64,000 nucleotides of DNA, from assembly GCA_020184695.1 (NCBI GenBank), contig JAANOX010000080.1, positions 124,001 through 188,000 on the forward strand, given 5' to 3'. Below the pieces are notes generated by a model. That model made no database searches, was not told the origin of the DNA, and saw nothing but the letters and a program-made list of their open reading frames with translations. Positions 44,957 through 55,126 of the stretch are shown piece by piece (position 1 is the first letter of the stretch; every line of letters starts with the position of its first letter). The translations under genes and the position numbers were made by a program. The stretch comes from Histomonas meleagridis 2922-C6/04-290x. Its lineage: Eukaryota > Protista > Parabasalia.

Positions 44957-45889
44957 TCAAACAGCAACGCATTCTGCTGGTACAAACATTATTTGACCGT
45001 TAACTTCTACTTCCCACACGTTTGAGTAGCCCGCCTTTGTTATCACGACGGACTCCCTCGGGTTGAGCTGCACTCGCCTGTTACGCTTGTCTACGGCTTC
45101 GCAGTTCTCTCTGATTCGTGCGGGTTGGCGACGAGATATGTCAGATTCGAGAGCAAAGTAATTTACTATGTCAGTTTGACCATTAGGCGTGCACAATGGC
45201 ATCAAATGCTTCTTAAGAACAGATTCGGAGTTAAGGCTTTCATTAATCTCTTGTTGCAATTTGTTGATCGATTTGTATGGCGAACTTTGTGGACCAAGGC
45301 CAATCTCAATTTTGTTCATAAGAACGCCAAAAATGGATATGCAGCCTGTACGAATGTCTTGTGATGCAACTTCGGTAAAATCAATTATTTTCATTAAAAT
45401 CGCTTTGCAATCTTCGGATTTGGGTCTGAAATTCTTCTTGAAATCAACAAGATAGGAATGGAAATCGAGTGAACGAGATTCAGTTTTAACTGAATCAACT
45501 GCAGTTTTTTGCATAAATGACACATATTGGCCAAGCTCTTGAAGAATGGGGGTAAGCTGAGCCCGTTGGTCAGAGACATTTTTGCGGAATTCTTCTTGCT
45601 TATGTACAAGTATGTCAATTCCAAATCCAAACGATTCACGAAACATATAACCAGAGAGTTGAGTTACTGTTTTTCGTATTCTGGGAAGGGGAGATCGAAG
45701 TTGTGGTTCGAGTGATGATTTTTTGAGAGTATCAAGAGATTTGTTAATACGTGAGTCAAAGTTGACAAAGGATGTGTTAACTCCATTGGAAAAATTTATA
45801 AACGCTTCGAATGAGTTGTCTACTTCATTTATAAGCTCTGTTAAATATTGATTAAGTTGCCCAAATACTTCTTCTCTTCTTCTCATCAT
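44957..45889 (-). CDS. Helical (BAR-like) protein with C-terminal SH3-like domain
   Basis: Coiled N-terminal part; C-terminal VQLNPRESVVITKAGYSNVWEVEVNGQIMFVPAECV. Confidence 0.5.
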   Translation of the reverse strand: MMRRREEVFGQLNQYLTELINEVDNSFEAFINFSNGVNTSFVNFDSRINKSLDTLKKSSLEPQLRSPLPRIRKTVTQLSGYMFRESFGFGIDILVHKQEEFRKNVSDQRAQLTPILQELGQYVSFMQKTAVDSVKTESRSLDFHSYLVDFKKNFRPKSEDCKAILMKIIDFTEVASQDIRTGCISIFGVLMNKIEIGLGPQSSPYKSINKLQQEINESLNSESVLKKHLMPLCTPNGQTDIVNYFALESDISRRQPARIRENCEAVDKRNRRVQLNPRESVVITKAGYSNVWEVEVNGQIMFVPAECVAV

Positions 45890-46054
45890 GGGAATTGTGA
45901 TTTGAAACCCATGGTAGAAATAAACGGTTTCTACATTGAAGCAACAATTTGATTTTTTTGCCTACACATTTTGATTTAAGGAAATATCATATTCGCATGT
46001 TACACTTCATGAAGAAAATCATCTGAATAAATGATTATAAAAATAATTGACGAG

Positions 46055-46417
46055 TTAAAGAATCTTTATTTCTGTCTTTGGTTTTTCTTTCGTTGGAATT
46101 GATAACGTCAAAACTCCATCAGCGAGAGAGGCTTCAATTGCTTCAGTTTCAATATTTGACGGAAGTCTAAACTTTCGTGTTACTGTTCCATACTTTATTT
46201 CGTTATGAATTGGTTTGGCACTATCACTTTGCTTGTAGTTCTTAATAGCAGTGATGTTTAATATTTTTTCCTCGACATCAATTATAATGTCGTCTTTCTT
46301 TACGCCTGGAAATTCAATTTGGATTTCATATCCTTTATTTGTTTTGAATACATCTGCAAGAGGGCAATATTTTGTTCTAAAAAATCCCCTTCTTTGTGTG
46401 TTGAAACATGAAAGCAT
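46055..46417 (-). CDS. Small heat-shock protein (Hsp20/alpha-crystallin)
   Basis: ADVFKTNKGYEIQIEFPGVKKDDI, EIKYGTVTRKFRLP, ASLADGVLTLSIP. Confidence 0.92.
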   Translation of the reverse strand: MLSCFNTQRRGFFRTKYCPLADVFKTNKGYEIQIEFPGVKKDDIIIDVEEKILNITAIKNYKQSDSAKPIHNEIKYGTVTRKFRLPSNIETEAIEASLADGVLTLSIPTKEKPKTEIKIL

Positions 46418-46741
46418 TTTAAATGTGCTATCGTTAAGTAAACGATCAAAAATGATTCAACTTTATTTTGCAAATTTAAATACAATTTTTCAAAAATACG
46501 AAAAACTTTATTCACACCACAGAGAATGAAAATAAGCCTTATACATTAGTTCTGAAAAATATAATTTTTATTTTGGCCAATAAATATCTGGAGACAATTC
46601 TTGTTCAATGGCATGTTTTTTTAAATTGAAATATTATGACAAAATTACTATTATTGAAATATCGATACTCAAAAAATCGTCTTATGTATTCAATTAATTT
46701 AAACGTTCTGTAAGGTCGCATCTTGCAGTTTCTGGTTGGGA

Positions 46742-47845
46742 ATGAGAAAAACATATACTGCTGAAGAAATCATCTCATACTACACACCATCACAGAAACC
46801 ACCAAGCTTACAAGAATTTAGTTTTATAACATCGGATGATCCATTCACACCGTTTCCAATAAATGCAAATCAATCCATTAATCTCAATACACAAGAATCT
46901 GGCGACGATCAAACATCTAACACAATGGAATGGAAACCAGTTGTTATAGATTTTAAAGAGAATGAGTCAAATGAAGAAATTGATCAAAATACTCAAAAAT
47001 CAGTTTTACAAGAAAGCGAACACACTCAACGTGAACAAGAAGGCACTGGCCAATACATGAGTACTGACTCACATCCACAACAACAGCAGTATAGTCAATT
47101 TGGACCAAATCCATTATATGGATATTATTCGTTTGTTGGCGCACCATTTATGGCTTTTGCACAGTATCCACAACAAACATTTCAAATGCCCAATTATAAT
47201 TTGTATCCAAATTTCTCAAACCAACCTAAACAAGATAATACAGAAGATATTACAGAGCCTGAAGAAATAGGATTTCCGAGTGTTTTTACACCAATTAATG
47301 AAAACCAAGATCAGAATTTTTCACCGCAAGAACAAAGCTTTCCAAGCGTTTTGGATCCAAGTCCAAAAGAGAATGTCAGTGGTTTTTATCCACGTTCAAC
47401 AGACTCCGAATTTCCTAGTGTTATGAATTTATCAGAATCTTATGAAGACCAAAACAATTCCCCATCTTCTGAAGGTGGGTTCCCTCGCTATGTGGATTAT
47501 TCTAAAGAGGAACAGAGCTTCCCTAGCGTTGTCGAACAGAACAACGACAACTTCAATGATAAACCGTTTTATGGCAGTCAAAAAATTTCGGCTTTCGGTT
47601 TACAAAAGGGAGAAGAACCTTATTACGCCCCAATTAATGAACCAAAAGAAGATGAAATAAATGCTTTCCCTTCCGTTGTGAACTCGGAATCCGAATTTAT
47701 TCCATCAAAAACATCCCAACATAAAGAATTTCATGAAGCTTCACCTAAAACAAACTCTTCCAGCATAAAAATCGAGTACCACACAAGAGGCGGAATATCT
47801 CGGTCAAGGGCTGGTGGGAGAGGTGGAAGAGAACGCAGAAGATAA
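46742..47845 (+). CDS. Low-complexity Q/P/S/E-rich protein with repeated FPSV motifs and C-terminal RGG-like tail
   Basis: FPSVFT, FPSVLD, FPSVMN, FPSVVE, FPSVVN repeats; ends RGGISRSRAGGRGGRERRR. Confidence 0.65.
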   Translation: MRKTYTAEEIISYYTPSQKPPSLQEFSFITSDDPFTPFPINANQSINLNTQESGDDQTSNTMEWKPVVIDFKENESNEEIDQNTQKSVLQESEHTQREQEGTGQYMSTDSHPQQQQYSQFGPNPLYGYYSFVGAPFMAFAQYPQQTFQMPNYNLYPNFSNQPKQDNTEDITEPEEIGFPSVFTPINENQDQNFSPQEQSFPSVLDPSPKENVSGFYPRSTDSEFPSVMNLSESYEDQNNSPSSEGGFPRYVDYSKEEQSFPSVVEQNNDNFNDKPFYGSQKISAFGLQKGEEPYYAPINEPKEDEINAFPSVVNSESEFIPSKTSQHKEFHEASPKTNSSSIKIEYHTRGGISRSRAGGRGGRERRR

Positions 47846-47929
47846 ACAATATTTTAAAATGTTAAAAACAAAAAAAGAAAAAAATAATTTAAACATGTAG
47901 TAAATAGTTAAAAATAGAAAAACCTTTTT

Positions 47930-48035
47930 GTTATAATAATTTCCTAATATTTTTTATTGATATCAGCCAAAGTGTTATGAACAAAAGATTGTATTTGCAT
48001 TGGTGTTTATTCATTCTCGAAGAAGTAATTTTGTG
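47930..48035 (-). pseudogene. Decayed ankyrin cassette/spacer remnant
   Basis: Minus strand reads KLLLRE*INTNANTI, then ADINKK followed by the spacer motif TTAGGAAATTATT. Confidence 0.4.
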
Positions 48036-48121
48036 TATCATTTGTATTTGGGGTGCCTCTAATTGGGACACCCTCAAATTAATGGAGTACGTTAATTGTC
48101 TCAAGCAAAATGATTTATTTA

Positions 48122-48958
48122 TTATTCAAGTTTTCCTGTTCTCCATATTTTTTCAATTGCTTTAAGGTATCGAAGCGCACTCTTTGTATCACCGCGATTA
48201 AGGAAACTGTAACAAAGATCAAGATTCATCTGAATAGTTGATTTACATGATCCCATAACCTTCGGACAAGCCATAGGTGGCTCCACACCGAGAAGTCTCA
48301 AATAATTTATAACATCATTTTCATTATAATTAGCTAAAATTGCATTGAGATCTGGTTTTTGAGGTTGTGGTGGTTGCTGTGGTTGTGGTGGCTGAGGAGC
48401 TTGTTGGCGTGCTGCTTGTTGATGAGTTTGCACTTCATTTTGTTGTGGTTGTTGTTGATTTGAATTTAGATTGATAATGTCTTTTTTCAATTTGGCTGGG
48501 AGCTTTAATTTCAAAGGAACATTACTGATTGCTTTTCTTATTTTACCATTCAATAAGATTTGTTTGAGTTTTACAGCGCAAATTTTGCAAATTGTCTCTC
48601 TTTCTGCTGCCTCATTACCATCTAAAACTGAATATAGTATACTACACAACCAAAGCTGAGATGGAATTTTGGTAGTAATTTTTCCTGAACGAAGAGAATT
48701 TGAAATGGCTTCAAATAAGTCATCTGCTAAATATTTTGTTTCTTCTGGGCCATCTTTAGGAAAAGGAGGTATTTCGCGTTGAAACTTTTCAAGATATTGT
48801 ATAGCAACAGGGGACTTTGTTGTTGATAAAATTGCAGTGCAACTTTCAGAAAATATATGTGTGAAAACAAGTGATACGACTCTATTATATGGATGAACAC
48901 TTTCAGCAACTATAAGATATTTTGCACATGGGGAGAATTCAAGAGGAATTTCTTCCAT
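48122..48958 (-). CDS. Hypothetical protein with Q/P-rich linker
   Basis: Long ORF; likely ATG at 48958 (MEEIPLEF). Confidence 0.6.
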   Translation of the reverse strand: MEEIPLEFSPCAKYLIVAESVHPYNRVVSLVFTHIFSESCTAILSTTKSPVAIQYLEKFQREIPPFPKDGPEETKYLADDLFEAISNSLRSGKITTKIPSQLWLCSILYSVLDGNEAAERETICKICAVKLKQILLNGKIRKAISNVPLKLKLPAKLKKDIINLNSNQQQPQQNEVQTHQQAARQQAPQPPQPQQPPQPQKPDLNAILANYNENDVINYLRLLGVEPPMACPKVMGSCKSTIQMNLDLCYSFLNRGDTKSALRYLKAIEKIWRTGKLE

Positions 48959-49093
48959 TTGAAAAAACCGACAATTTTCTCGTAACTTTTTAATAACTAT
49001 ACAAAGCGTAATCATTTTTCATAGAACAGAAATTCAACGGTTTTAATCGGTGAAGGCCATTAAAAGAATACTTTTAATTTTGTTTTTTTCGAG

Positions 49094-50452
49094 ATGGTCA
49101 AAAACAATAAAACAACTGATGAAAAATCTCTAAAATTATTAAAAACAATTGAAGAAATTGTTTATCAAATTGATAAAGAAAATATTGAAGCATCAGTTCA
49201 ATCAACGATCGATGTGTTTGATGAAAGTTTCCCATATTCTTTTACTCTTGTTATCTGTTCTTTAATTTATTCATCATTTATTTCACAAAAGAAAGATGAG
49301 AACATATATTTTCAATATTTAAAATTACTTCAAGCAAAGGAAATCAATAATAATTCTATAGAAATATTCAAGATTTTTTCAAGATTTCTTTTACTTAAGC
49401 ATAAACAAGAATCATATTATCTTCTTGAACAATTAAGTGAACAAAACTTAATTGATCCCGAATGTCTTAAAACTCAAGATTGTGCTTATTTTATGCATTA
49501 CAAATATGAAATGAACCCAAAAAATTTTACCAAAAATCTCAACTTTTTTACACTTTTTAAAGAAAGTTATTTTGAAGCAATTAAAGACAATTTTGTACTA
49601 CACAAAAAATTAATTAAAGAAGGAGTTAATCCTAATGAAATATCAAAGATAATTCGATATGATGATATAGAGAAACTTCAAGAAATATCATCACTGTCAA
49701 CATTTAATTTTAATCAAAGAATTCCACCATCACCTTATGAAAGATTTTCATATGTTAATGAAAATGATGTCTCGTTAATTGATTTTGCTGCATTTTTTGG
49801 GGCTATTAAATGTTTTAAATATTTACTTATGAATGGTGCAACTAAAGATAACATAAGTAAATTTGTTGTTGCAGGTGGAAATATGGAAATATTTCATTTA
49901 TGTCAACAAAATAATATACCAATTTCATATGAACAAAATTATAAAGAAGCGATTGAATTTCATCGAAATGATATTTTTCATTATCTTTATGATAATCGAT
50001 TGAGTGATACTGAATTAAATCAAGACATTATAAATTTATGTGTAACATTTTGTAATTATGATATTCTTTCATTTATAGAAGAAAATATAAAAGTAATTGA
50101 TGATAACATAATTTATAATGCTGCAAGTTTAGGAAATATTTTCCTTATAAAACATTTTAATAAACTTCCGATGAATATTTTGGCTTATGCTGCAGAATCT
50201 GGTAATTTAGAATTTATTAAAGAATATACTCAAAGAAGGATTAGTATTAATAAAAATAATGTTTTAACATTATATAATTCTATGTTTCAAATTAATTTAA
50301 GGAATTCTATTTCATTTTTTGAAACGCCACTTATAGTAGCATCAAAATATAATTATATTGAAATTGTTGAATATCTTCTTCAACAAAGACAAATTGATAT
50401 TAATTCTAAAGACATTTGTTCAATTTTTTTAGAATTATTCTTGTTAATTTGA
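49094..50452 (+). CDS. Locus G DUF3447-ankyrin core ORF (reads through the first 57-nt spacer and cassette 1)
   Basis: LIDFAAFFGAIKCFKYLL, VAGGNMEIFHLCQQ, AIEFHRNDIF; stops inside spacer 2. Confidence 0.88.
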   Translation: MVKNNKTTDEKSLKLLKTIEEIVYQIDKENIEASVQSTIDVFDESFPYSFTLVICSLIYSSFISQKKDENIYFQYLKLLQAKEINNNSIEIFKIFSRFLLLKHKQESYYLLEQLSEQNLIDPECLKTQDCAYFMHYKYEMNPKNFTKNLNFFTLFKESYFEAIKDNFVLHKKLIKEGVNPNEISKIIRYDDIEKLQEISSLSTFNFNQRIPPSPYERFSYVNENDVSLIDFAAFFGAIKCFKYLLMNGATKDNISKFVVAGGNMEIFHLCQQNNIPISYEQNYKEAIEFHRNDIFHYLYDNRLSDTELNQDIINLCVTFCNYDILSFIEENIKVIDDNIIYNAASLGNIFLIKHFNKLPMNILAYAAESGNLEFIKEYTQRRISINKNNVLTLYNSMFQINLRNSISFFETPLIVASKYNYIEIVEYLLQQRQIDINSKDICSIFLELFLLI

Positions 50453-52625
50453 GATTTTAAAATACTTTTTGATGTATATTATATTTATTTAATACTGCAC
50501 TCATTATTGCTTCTAAAAATGGTAATTACGAATGTGTTAAATTACTTTTAGTACAAAAAAGAATTGATGTTAATGCTAAAAATGTTTTTTATTGCTATTT
50601 AAAATTCATTTTAAAGTTTTAAAGTTCCAAAATTAAATATAAAATTTATTCAAATTATTTGAAACTGCATTAATTTTAGCTTCTATAAATGGATATGCAA
50701 ATGTTGTTCAAATACTTCTTGAACAAGATAAAAATTTTTATAATGCCAAAGATGATTCATTTTATTATTATATATTAATTTCGATTATATAAAATTTCAA
50801 AATAATAATTGGAATTTCTTTTAGTTATATAATACTGCTTTAATGTATGCATCTGATGAAGGTTATATTGATATTGTTAAATTACTTCTTGATCAAGATG
50901 GTATTGATATTAATGCTCGAAATATTATAATATTTTATTTAATTTTTACAATAATTTTTTGCAATTTTAAATTTATATTTGGAATTTTCTTTTATGATTT
51001 GATAATTCATTTCTTATAGCATGTAAAGCGAAAAATAATGATATTGCTAAATTATTTATTGAAGGAGAGGATATAAATATAAATGTTAAAGACATGTGTT
51101 TATAATATTTAAAATTTATTGCAATAATTTCAAGTTTAATGAAATAATTTGGTATTAAATCAATTTATTTAAAACAGCCCTTATGATTGCATTTTCAAAT
51201 AATAATTTGGACTTAATCAAATTACTTCTTGAGCAAGAAGATATTAATATCAATGCTAAAGATATTTGAGATGCTTACTTAAGATTTATTTTTACTCTTT
51301 CAAATTTCTAAATAATTTTTGGAAAATGTTTTAATTTTTTAATACACTGATAATGGGAAATTTTTCGGAACCAAACATAGAAATGATTAAACTTATTCTT
51401 GAACAAAAAGGATTAGAATTAAATGCAAAAGATTTTTGATTATTTTATTCAAAGTTATTATAATTTTCTTGATATTTTATAATAAAATTTGGGATTTTTT
51501 AAAAGTTTTTCGAACATCATTAATAAAGAATTGTAAATATAAATGTTCAAACTTTGTTCAATTACTCCTTGAACATGATGAAGTTGATGTTAATATAAGT
51601 GATATTCAATAAGTTTATTTGATGTTTAATAATTATTTTTTATATAAAAAAATTATATTTGGAATAAATTTATATTATTTGAAACTGCTTTGATGTATGC
51701 ATCATATGAAAATTGTGTTGAAATTGTTGAATCACTTCTTAAACGGAAAGAAATTAATATTAATGCTCAAAATATTTTTATATTTTATTAAATTCTAACA
51801 TAAATCTATTGAAATATCAAAATAATATTTGGAATTTAATATCATTATTTAGATCTTCGCTTATGTGGGCATCTTATCAAGGATGTGTTGAAATAGTTAA
51901 AATACTTCTGGAACAAGATGGAATTGAAATTAATGCTAAAGATATCTTTTTTCTTATTTATAATGTTTAATTAAATGCTCCAAAATTTGAATAACATATT
52001 TGGAATTTATTTAAATTATTTCGAACAGCTCTTCTTTGGGCATCAGAAGGTGGAAAATCTGAAGTTTCTAAAATACTTATTGTTCAAAAAGATATAGATT
52101 TAAATGTTTTGGATATTTTTTGAATTTTTTTGATGAATTCTAATACTATATTTGGTATCAAATTAATATTTGGAAAATATTCAAATTGTTTTGGACAGCA
52201 CTTATTAGTGCATCTTTCTACGGTAATACAAATGTAGTTAAATTACTTCTTGAACAGGAAGGAATTAATGTTAATGTTAAAAGTAATTATTATTTGTTAT
52301 ATTTTTTTATATTCCAACATATTATAACAAAAACATTTAATTTATTTAATGCACCTCTTATTGTTGCAACTAAAAATAATCACATAGAAGTTGTTAAATT
52401 ACTTCTTGAGCATAAAGGAATTGATATTTATGAAAAAGATATTTAGTTGTTTTACTTGTTGTTTATTTCAATAATTATATATTTCAAAAAAGTTTTTGGA
52501 AGATATTTAAATTTTTTAGAACTGCATTGGAAATTGCAACTATTAAGGGTTATAATGGAATAAAAGAATTACTTGCTAAAAAGCAAAAGGAAATCATAGA
52601 TAGTTGCTTCATAAACAATAAATAA
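50321..52625 (+). repeat. Locus G ankyrin cassette array: 14 stop-free cassettes
   Basis: Cassette starts 50321, 50491, 50661, 50831, 51001, 51171, 51341, 51511, 51681, 51851, 52022, 52192, 52348, 52518. Terminal RTALEIATIKGYNGIKELLAKKQKEIIDSCFINNK*. Confidence 0.93.
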
Positions 52626-52859
52626 TAGTTTTTTTTTTTCCTCCTCTTAAGTTCCAAAAAATTTGTTTACCAAGAAAAACTTATATTTTAAAAAATAAAT
52701 TATCTTCTAATTTCAATGTGAATTGCTATATAATATAATTCTAACAAATATTTCATTAAAGAAGAAAAAAGTGATTTTTTTTTTGACATGGCACCAATAG
52801 TAGAAAAATAAAATCATTTTTATACAACAATTACATAGATTTATATAATAATATTTTAT

Positions 52860-53762
52860 TTATAAAAATGGTTCTTCTTCGTTTTGAGGCGAAACTAATG
52901 AATACCCATCAATTCCATGGAATGGTGGAATTGGAAGTAGCCACTTCAGCCATTCTTCTTTCGGACCACAGACAACTTCCCAATTTTCGATGCAGCTCTT
53001 TTTCTTATAGCGTTTTAAGTCTGTTTTATTATTATTAAAATCAGAAATCGTTAAAAAAATAAAAATCATGGTTAACAACCAAAATGTGAAGCCAAACATA
53101 AACAATAAAACACACCCAACAATCATTGGAATGTTTTCTACAAAGCCTTTTTTAGTGATGGAAATTAAATTATGAATCATAATATTAGTAATATAGAGAA
53201 ATCCCCATAAATTAAAATGGAAAAACAATTTGTGGTTTTTCTTGCCAATATATGACGTAGTCCATCCACAGAAATGATCTGGTCGAATAACAATTCTACC
53301 TGAATATGGACAATATTCAGCATTATTTGGAAGGCTTAATTGTTTTACATATTGCTTTTGCTGTTTATTCGAAACATATCCTGATAGATATTCATATGAA
53401 TTATCATATTTTTGTGGGTAATAAAAAGGAAGATAACCTGGTGACTCAAATATAACAAGCACGTACGAAATGAGGAATAGGATAAGGAATATAGTCGTAA
53501 ATATACCAAATATAAAATGTGATTGCTCAAAAAATTTGGTTTGTTTTAAATAATATATATACGATAAAATTGCAGCTCCTATTACAATTATTGGCATTGT
53601 TAAACTTACTTCCCAATGATTAAGAAAATATTTTTGAGATGAATCTGTCTTAACTTTATTAAGAGAAATACATAAAAAATTACATAAAGTTGAATACTTT
53701 GTGGGCTCTGGAGATAATGGTGATTCTTGTTTTTCATCACTCGGAATTACATTATCTTCCAT
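52860..53762 (-). CDS. DHHC-family palmitoyl acyltransferase (DHFC variant)
   Basis: TM helices, SPGYLP, CPYSGRIVIRPDHFCGWTTSYIGKKNHKLF, NWEVVCG...WLLP. Confidence 0.88.
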   Translation of the reverse strand: MEDNVIPSDEKQESPLSPEPTKYSTLCNFLCISLNKVKTDSSQKYFLNHWEVSLTMPIIVIGAAILSYIYYLKQTKFFEQSHFIFGIFTTIFLILFLISYVLVIFESPGYLPFYYPQKYDNSYEYLSGYVSNKQQKQYVKQLSLPNNAEYCPYSGRIVIRPDHFCGWTTSYIGKKNHKLFFHFNLWGFLYITNIMIHNLISITKKGFVENIPMIVGCVLLFMFGFTFWLLTMIFIFLTISDFNNNKTDLKRYKKKSCIENWEVVCGPKEEWLKWLLPIPPFHGIDGYSLVSPQNEEEPFL

Positions 53763-54206
53763 CTGGTTACTCCATTGTGAAGAGTTGAGGTGATGTGAAA
53801 ATTTGTTTTAAAATGCATTTATCTTTTTAATCTGAGAATTTTATGGAAAGATCCTTAATCATATACATTAGAAATATGATAAAGATATGTAATATTTCAT
53901 ATTTTATAATATTTCTCCAAGAAATCTCACAGCATCACATATATGTTTAACAATTAATATAAACATTTTCCCAGTTGAACATGAATTATATAATTTAGAA
54001 AAGGAAATGAAAGAAAAACATTATATTATATTTATATCAAAATCAGAAGAAAATCATCAATAATGGATAAGTGGTATAGAATATGAAAAGATTTGATTGG
54101 TGAAAACATCCGAATAATTTTACACCCAAAAAACGATTTTGTGTCTTGTGGATTTAAGGAACAGCATGAAATAAAAAATTTCATTGAGACTTTTATTCAA
54201 AATATT

Positions 54207-55076
54207 CTATGAGGTCTCTTGAACTTCACCCTTGCCTTCACCTTCCTCCTTTTTGAATATTATCGGCGTTGCGGTTAAGGGGTCTTTTTTGCTGTCGATG
54301 CGAGGGATTAGCTTCAATCCATCATTAATAATTTGTCCGATATGGTAATTTCCTTCTTCATCTGTGAAACAATAACAGCGTGGATGTGGTGTTTCGTTAA
54401 GAAATTGATATGAACTATTTGCAACAATTTCATTTCCACTTTCAATTTGCTGAGAATCAATGCATTTGAGGAACCTTTTCTCTTTGTTTGCAGAATACAT
54501 AAGTAAATCGTTAGGGCGAAACGTTTTTGCTGTTGATCTGATTAAAAATGAATGAAGTGGTTCCTCTTTCTTAATCATATGAACTGTACCTGGTGGAACT
54601 TCGCCATTAAAGGCAATTTCAAGTTGTTCTTGGATTTCTGGATCTTCAATGGAAGAATAAAATGGTGACTTCTTGTATTGTGGAGCTGATCTTCGATTTT
54701 CTTTGGTGGGTGAAAGCGTATCATTTTTGTCTGGCTTGTTAGTAATTGGAGTTGCCTGCATTACAATTGCTGATTGACGTTTAACAAGATCACTAATATA
54801 TAAAAAATCTTCTTCGAAAACTTCGTCAGAATCTGTTTTTTGCCAATATGTAGACATATCAGCAAGCTCAAGATCAACACCTAAAAGACTATTTGTAGGA
54901 AATCCATTTGATGATTTTTGGAGAATAGCTGAATTTGGATTAAACTCTGTTGAAAGATGAGGAACTTCAAATTTTGGTAAAAGGCAATCAGCATAAATTT
55001 CATGTAATTGGTTTTGATATACAACTTTGTTTGAACGAGTCATTTGGGCTATATAATTTACCCTTTTTTTACCCAT
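54207..55076 (-). CDS. Hypothetical protein, possibly Paf1-like
   Basis: Likely ATG at 55076 (MGKKRVNY); LLGVDLELADMSTY weakly resembles the Paf1 N-terminal motif. Confidence 0.4.
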   Translation of the reverse strand: MGKKRVNYIAQMTRSNKVVYQNQLHEIYADCLLPKFEVPHLSTEFNPNSAILQKSSNGFPTNSLLGVDLELADMSTYWQKTDSDEVFEEDFLYISDLVKRQSAIVMQATPITNKPDKNDTLSPTKENRRSAPQYKKSPFYSSIEDPEIQEQLEIAFNGEVPPGTVHMIKKEEPLHSFLIRSTAKTFRPNDLLMYSANKEKRFLKCIDSQQIESGNEIVANSSYQFLNETPHPRCYCFTDEEGNYHIGQIINDGLKLIPRIDSKKDPLTATPIIFKKEEGEGKGEVQETS

Positions 55077-55126
55077 TTTACAAAAAGTGATAAAATTCGA
55101 AATTGACAAAGTTTGTCTGACCAAAA

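Noticed and set aside
50417-50490. Spacers as ordinary spliceosomal introns
   Set aside because: No consistent GT, GC or AT donor and no AG or AC acceptor in any register; no trichomonad ACTAACACACAG-type branch/acceptor motif; ends are typically T... and ...TTT.
51267-51340. Euplotes-style frameshift at each stop codon
   Set aside because: This spacer starts with TGA, and the frame needed to enter the next cassette has another TAA at offsets 65-67, so a shift-at-stop rule fails.
50321-52625. Arrays as CRISPR-like repeat-spacer arrays
   Set aside because: Eukaryotic context, no cas genes, the longer units are protein-coding, and the spacers are homologous to one another rather than unique.
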